64,000 nucleotides of DNA from an uncultured Planctomycetota bacterium (lineage in GTDB: Bacteria; Planctomycetota; Phycisphaerae; Tepidisphaerales; Tepidisphaeraceae). Of the stretch, positions 60,717-64,000 are shown piece by piece. The translations under genes were made by a program, and so were the position numbers. The stretch lies in contig CAWJEN010000005.1 of NCBI GenBank assembly GCA_963841915.1, positions 576,001-640,000 on the forward strand, written 5' to 3'. The notes under the pieces were generated by a model. The model searched no databases. It was not told where the DNA came from and was given only the letters and a program-made list of their open reading frames with translations. Each line of letters begins with the position of its first letter. The stretch's first letter is position 1.

Positions 60717-62326
60717 GGTGCGGCGATGGGGATGGCCGCCTGCTGGGCGGCACGCATGCCGCGCAGGTAAGGCCTGGCCGCTGCGCGAAGCTCGGTGAGC
60801 GCGGTGGCCGACGGCTTGGGTTGCATCATGTCGTCGAGCAACCCGCTGCCCGGCAGCATCGCCCGCGGCCCGTCGGCCAGATCGGCCCAGGCGACGCTTT
60901 CGACGAACGGCTTGCTGATGCACAACCGGTACACGTCACGCAACCACGCCGCCTGCAGCTCGCGGTCCCACGGCCGGAACCAGCGGCCCGCCTGATCGCC
61001 CGTCGCCTCGGCCGCGTCAGGGCAGGCGATGCACGTGACGAACACCGGCTTGTTCAGCGGGGCGAACCGGTCGAGCATCGCACTGATCTGAAACAAATCG
61101 CGGACGTAACGACCTTTGCCCGGCCGGCCCATAACGATCTCAACGCCAAAGCCGTCGACCTGAACACCGCTCTGAGCGACCATCTCGGCGTACAACATCG
61201 GCGGCACGACGCTCGACGCGTCGGGCGGGCCCGCCAGGTACTCGCCGAACGGTTGCTTGATCGTGACGAGCGTCTTGGCACCCGGTGCCACCGCCTTGAC
61301 CTGCCCGACGAGCAGGCGTGTGAGCTCGATCATCTGCTCGAACGAGAGGCCAAACCCGCCTGCGGCGTGGAGGCCTGCGACGACGTTCCACAGCTTGACG
61401 ATCCGCCGATACCGCGTCGCGGCGGCACGCACGTAGGCAAAGGCAAGGTCACGTAGCGCCTCGAAGTCGTTCTCGTACAGGTAAAGCCACTCCGGCGCCT
61501 GCCCACCCGTCAGATCAACGAGTGGCCCGGCGATCGTCGGCAGCTTCGCACGCCCGACAAACTCGACAGCCGCATCGACGCCTTCGGTGGCAAACGACTC
61601 TTCCTCAGGCTGCATCTGGCCCCACGGCATCGGGATGCTGACGCAGTCGAAGTTGCGGACAAGGGCGTTGCGGTAGACGGCACTACGCGGCGCTTCTTCG
61701 GACACGTCGGCCCGAATCCCGACCAGCGTCCGCGGGAGCCCGGTCCGACGGCGGCGGTTGAGCAGCATCTCGGCGTGCACGCGGGCCAGCTGCTCACCGG
61801 CCAGCACTGCGGCGGCAAGGGCTTCGTCGGCCTTGACCGACGCGGCCGGGCGGTCGTGCAACAGGCCAAGCGCTCCGGCGAACATGGCCTGAGCCCGCTT
61901 GGCCGCCGCAACCGCCGCAGCGGCGGGTGGCAGCTCCCACAGGTTCCAGTCCTCCTGCTTTTGCACCAGCCGCATCAACCGGTGCCGGGCCAGCTCCACG
62001 TTGAGCACGTACGGCTCGTCGCGTGGCGGAAGTCGCGTCGTTTCCAGCACGAACTCACCGGCCGTGCCCGTGTCCCACAACAGCGACACGCCCAGCGCCG
62101 CCGCTGAGGCTTGCAGGCCGGCGTAGGCCGACGCTTCGTCGCCCGGGTCGCTCGATCCGCCGCCGTAGTCAAGGCCGTCGTCACCGGCTTCGACCTTGAG
62201 CAGGCCGTCTTCGAACTCGACGCGCCCGGGCAACGGCACGCTCTCGGAGCCGACGGCGTAGGCGCCGCGTACCCGATAGCTCGTGAGCCGTCGTCCGCCG
62301 TCGTAAATCTCGAAAAGCAGCGGCAT
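60713..62326 (-). CDS. GH10-like TIM-barrel protein
   Basis: WGQMQPEE, GPLV..PEWL, WNVV, KPVFVT, GLLD..PKP; lacks the canonical VVNE. Confidence 0.75.
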   Translation of the reverse strand: MPLLFEIYDGGRRLTSYRVRGAYAVGSESVPLPGRVEFEDGLLKVEAGDDGLDYGGGSSDPGDEASAYAGLQASAAALGVSLLWDTGTAGEFVLETTRLPPRDEPYVLNVELARHRLMRLVQKQEDWNLWELPPAAAAVAAAKRAQAMFAGALGLLHDRPAASVKADEALAAAVLAGEQLARVHAEMLLNRRRRTGLPRTLVGIRADVSEEAPRSAVYRNALVRNFDCVSIPMPWGQMQPEEESFATEGVDAAVEFVGRAKLPTIAGPLVDLTGGQAPEWLYLYENDFEALRDLAFAYVRAAATRYRRIVKLWNVVAGLHAAGGFGLSFEQMIELTRLLVGQVKAVAPGAKTLVTIKQPFGEYLAGPPDASSVVPPMLYAEMVAQSGVQVDGFGVEIVMGRPGKGRYVRDLFQISAMLDRFAPLNKPVFVTCIACPDAAEATGDQAGRWFRPWDRELQAAWLRDVYRLCISKPFVESVAWADLADGPRAMLPGSGLLDDMMQPKPSATALTELRAAARPYLRGMRAAQQAAIPIAAP

Positions 62327-62461
62327 ACGCGTCGATCCAGCCGTCAAAACAGCGGCACCGAAACGACGGCACCGGCTCGGGCGGCAGTCTAGCCGAACCG
62401 CCACGCCGTCGCACGTGGCGGCGTTATCAGATGCACCCCACATCAGATGCACCCCACGAAA

Positions 62462-62492
62462 CGCGTGCGTCGCCTCTCGGCAGACGCACGCG
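62462..62492 (-). terminator. Hairpin downstream of the alphaCTD gene
   Basis: CGCGTGCGTC..GACGCACGCG followed by TTT on the minus strand. Confidence 0.6.
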
Positions 62493-62507
62493 ATGAAAGC
62501 CCGCTCC

Positions 62508-63485
62508 TCAGTCGGCCGTCTTGCGCAGGCCGATGCCGAAGCTCGCCAGGATCTGGCGGATCTCGTTGAGGCTGGTCTGGCCGAAGTTCTTGCAGCTCAG
62601 CAGCTCTTCTTCGCTCTTGGCCGCCAGTTCGCCGACCGTCTGGATGTTGAGCCGCTGCAACGCCTTGCGGCTGCGGACGCTGAGGTCCAGGTCACCGATA
62701 GGCCGCTCGAGCAGCTCGCCGGGCATGTCGGCGTCGAGCCCCGCCGTTCCCGCCGGGGCGTCGGGGGCGGCGACCGCTGCGGCAAATTCACCGGCCGGCG
62801 GTGCCATGCCCGCCACCGACGGATCGACCAGCGACAGATCGACAATCCCGCCGTCGTCGAGCATCTGACCAAGCCGCAGGCCCTTACCGGCCAGGAGCGC
62901 CTTGATCTCGCTCAGCGACGTTTCGCCGAAGTTCTTGAAGCCCATGAGGTCCTGCTCGCGGACACGCAGCAGGTCGCCGATCGACTCAATGTTGGCTTTC
63001 TTCAAAGCAGTCCGGGCACGGACGCTCAGGTCGAAGTCGTACACCGGCAGGTCGAGCACGGCATCACGCTGCTGACGTTGACGCTCCTGCTCCTCGGCCG
63101 TCCGGTCGTGGGCGGCATCGACGTCACGCAGGAACCGGCGGGCTCGCGGGTGATTATGGTCGGTGGCCAACACCGCCTCGAGGCACCGGCGGGCCTCTTC
63201 GAACATGTTGTTGTCCTCGTAGAGGACAGCCAGGTTGATGAGCGCGTTGAGCGGAACCGGGCTGCCGCCGCAGATCCGCTCGTAGAGCTCGATCGCCTGC
63301 GTGTCCATGCCGTGCTGGTCGTAGAGGCGGGCCAGGCGGAAGCACGACTCGTCGTGGTCGGGGTCCTCGTTGAGGGCGTGGCCGTAGTGCTCGATGGCCT
63401 TCTCGATGTCGCCGCCTGATTCGGCCTCGCGGGCGCGGGTGAAGTATTCCTGGGCGGCTCGTTCGTTGATCGTGTCGACGCTCAT
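62508..63485 (-). CDS. TPR protein with two RNA polymerase alpha-CTD domains
   Basis: TPRs, then LSVRARTAL..KNFGETSLSEI and LSVRSRKAL..KNFGQTSLNEI. Confidence 0.9.
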   Translation of the reverse strand: MSVDTINERAAQEYFTRAREAESGGDIEKAIEHYGHALNEDPDHDESCFRLARLYDQHGMDTQAIELYERICGGSPVPLNALINLAVLYEDNNMFEEARRCLEAVLATDHNHPRARRFLRDVDAAHDRTAEEQERQRQQRDAVLDLPVYDFDLSVRARTALKKANIESIGDLLRVREQDLMGFKNFGETSLSEIKALLAGKGLRLGQMLDDGGIVDLSLVDPSVAGMAPPAGEFAAAVAAPDAPAGTAGLDADMPGELLERPIGDLDLSVRSRKALQRLNIQTVGELAAKSEEELLSCKNFGQTSLNEIRQILASFGIGLRKTAD

Positions 63486-63696
63486 GTAGTGCTGCAAAAG
63501 GGGCCGCGAATGCCGCGGCGTGGTGGTGCGGTGGCTGAAAGAACCACGCCGAAGCGTGGGCCTCGACTATTGAGGCGGCAGCGTTGCAGGTCAACGATTT
63601 CGACCCTCCGTTTTGTCAAATTATTGTCTATTTTGCGACGCGAAGTTGAAAAAGTTGCCGCCTCAGGGCGATCCGGTGCCCGACTTATGCTTGCCC

Positions 63697-64000
63697 ATGC
63701 CCCACGCCCTGGTCATCGGTGGCGGCCCCGCCGGGGCGACGGCGGCGGCGACGCTGGCACGCGGGCACTGGCACGTCACCCTCGCCGAAGCCGCTCGATT
63801 CCCACGCAACAAGGTCTGTGGCGAGTGCCTCAGCGTCCTTGGCAGTGACACGCTCACACACGTCGGAATCGGCGAGACGCTCGATTCTCTGCAGCCGACG
63901 CGGCTTTCGTCGGCCACCCTCGTCACGCGTGGCGGCAGGTCCGTCACGCTCACCCTGCCGCGGCCTGTCATGGGTGTGACACGAACTGCGATGGACCCGG
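63697..64000 (+). CDS. FAD-dependent oxidoreductase (partial, runs off the window end)
   Basis: My translation: MPHALVIGGGPAGA..FPRNKVCGECLS. Confidence 0.88.
   Translation, partial: MPHALVIGGGPAGATAAATLARGHWHVTLAEAARFPRNKVCGECLSVLGSDTLTHVGIGETLDSLQPTRLSSATLVTRGGRSVTLTLPRPVMGVTRTAMDP

Overview
High-GC chromosomal window. Gene content (DUF1559 prepilin/H-X9-DG protein, CxxCGYDLR zinc ribbon, TPR-alphaCTD protein, unlinked 23S-5S rRNA unit) suggests a planctomycete, possibly Phycisphaerae; this is inference. It is mostly housekeeping and metabolic genes: ubiX, S1-like protein, lemA/htpX-like, rrl-rrf, ymdB, efp, pcs, msrA, fabH-plsX, dcd-nrdJ with a 350-aa intein, dapF, comEA. Five parS-like palindromes suggest the window is near the origin. 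Four of them lie in two copies of a ~290-bp module with the same 74-bp parS spacing. Accessory regions: (i) a five-gene phage-like module at 10.9-14.6 kb (lipoprotein, permuted papain-like enzyme, holin-like protein, two secreted beta-helix proteins); (ii) a sugar-oxidoreductase cluster at 40-46 kb; (iii) a 46.2-49.2 kb patch where eight copies of a 20-bp quasi-palindrome delimit small genes next to a lower-GC AAA+ ATPase. Four genes carry single-base frameshifts that may be sequencing errors. Product calls come from motif recognition only; no database searches were run.
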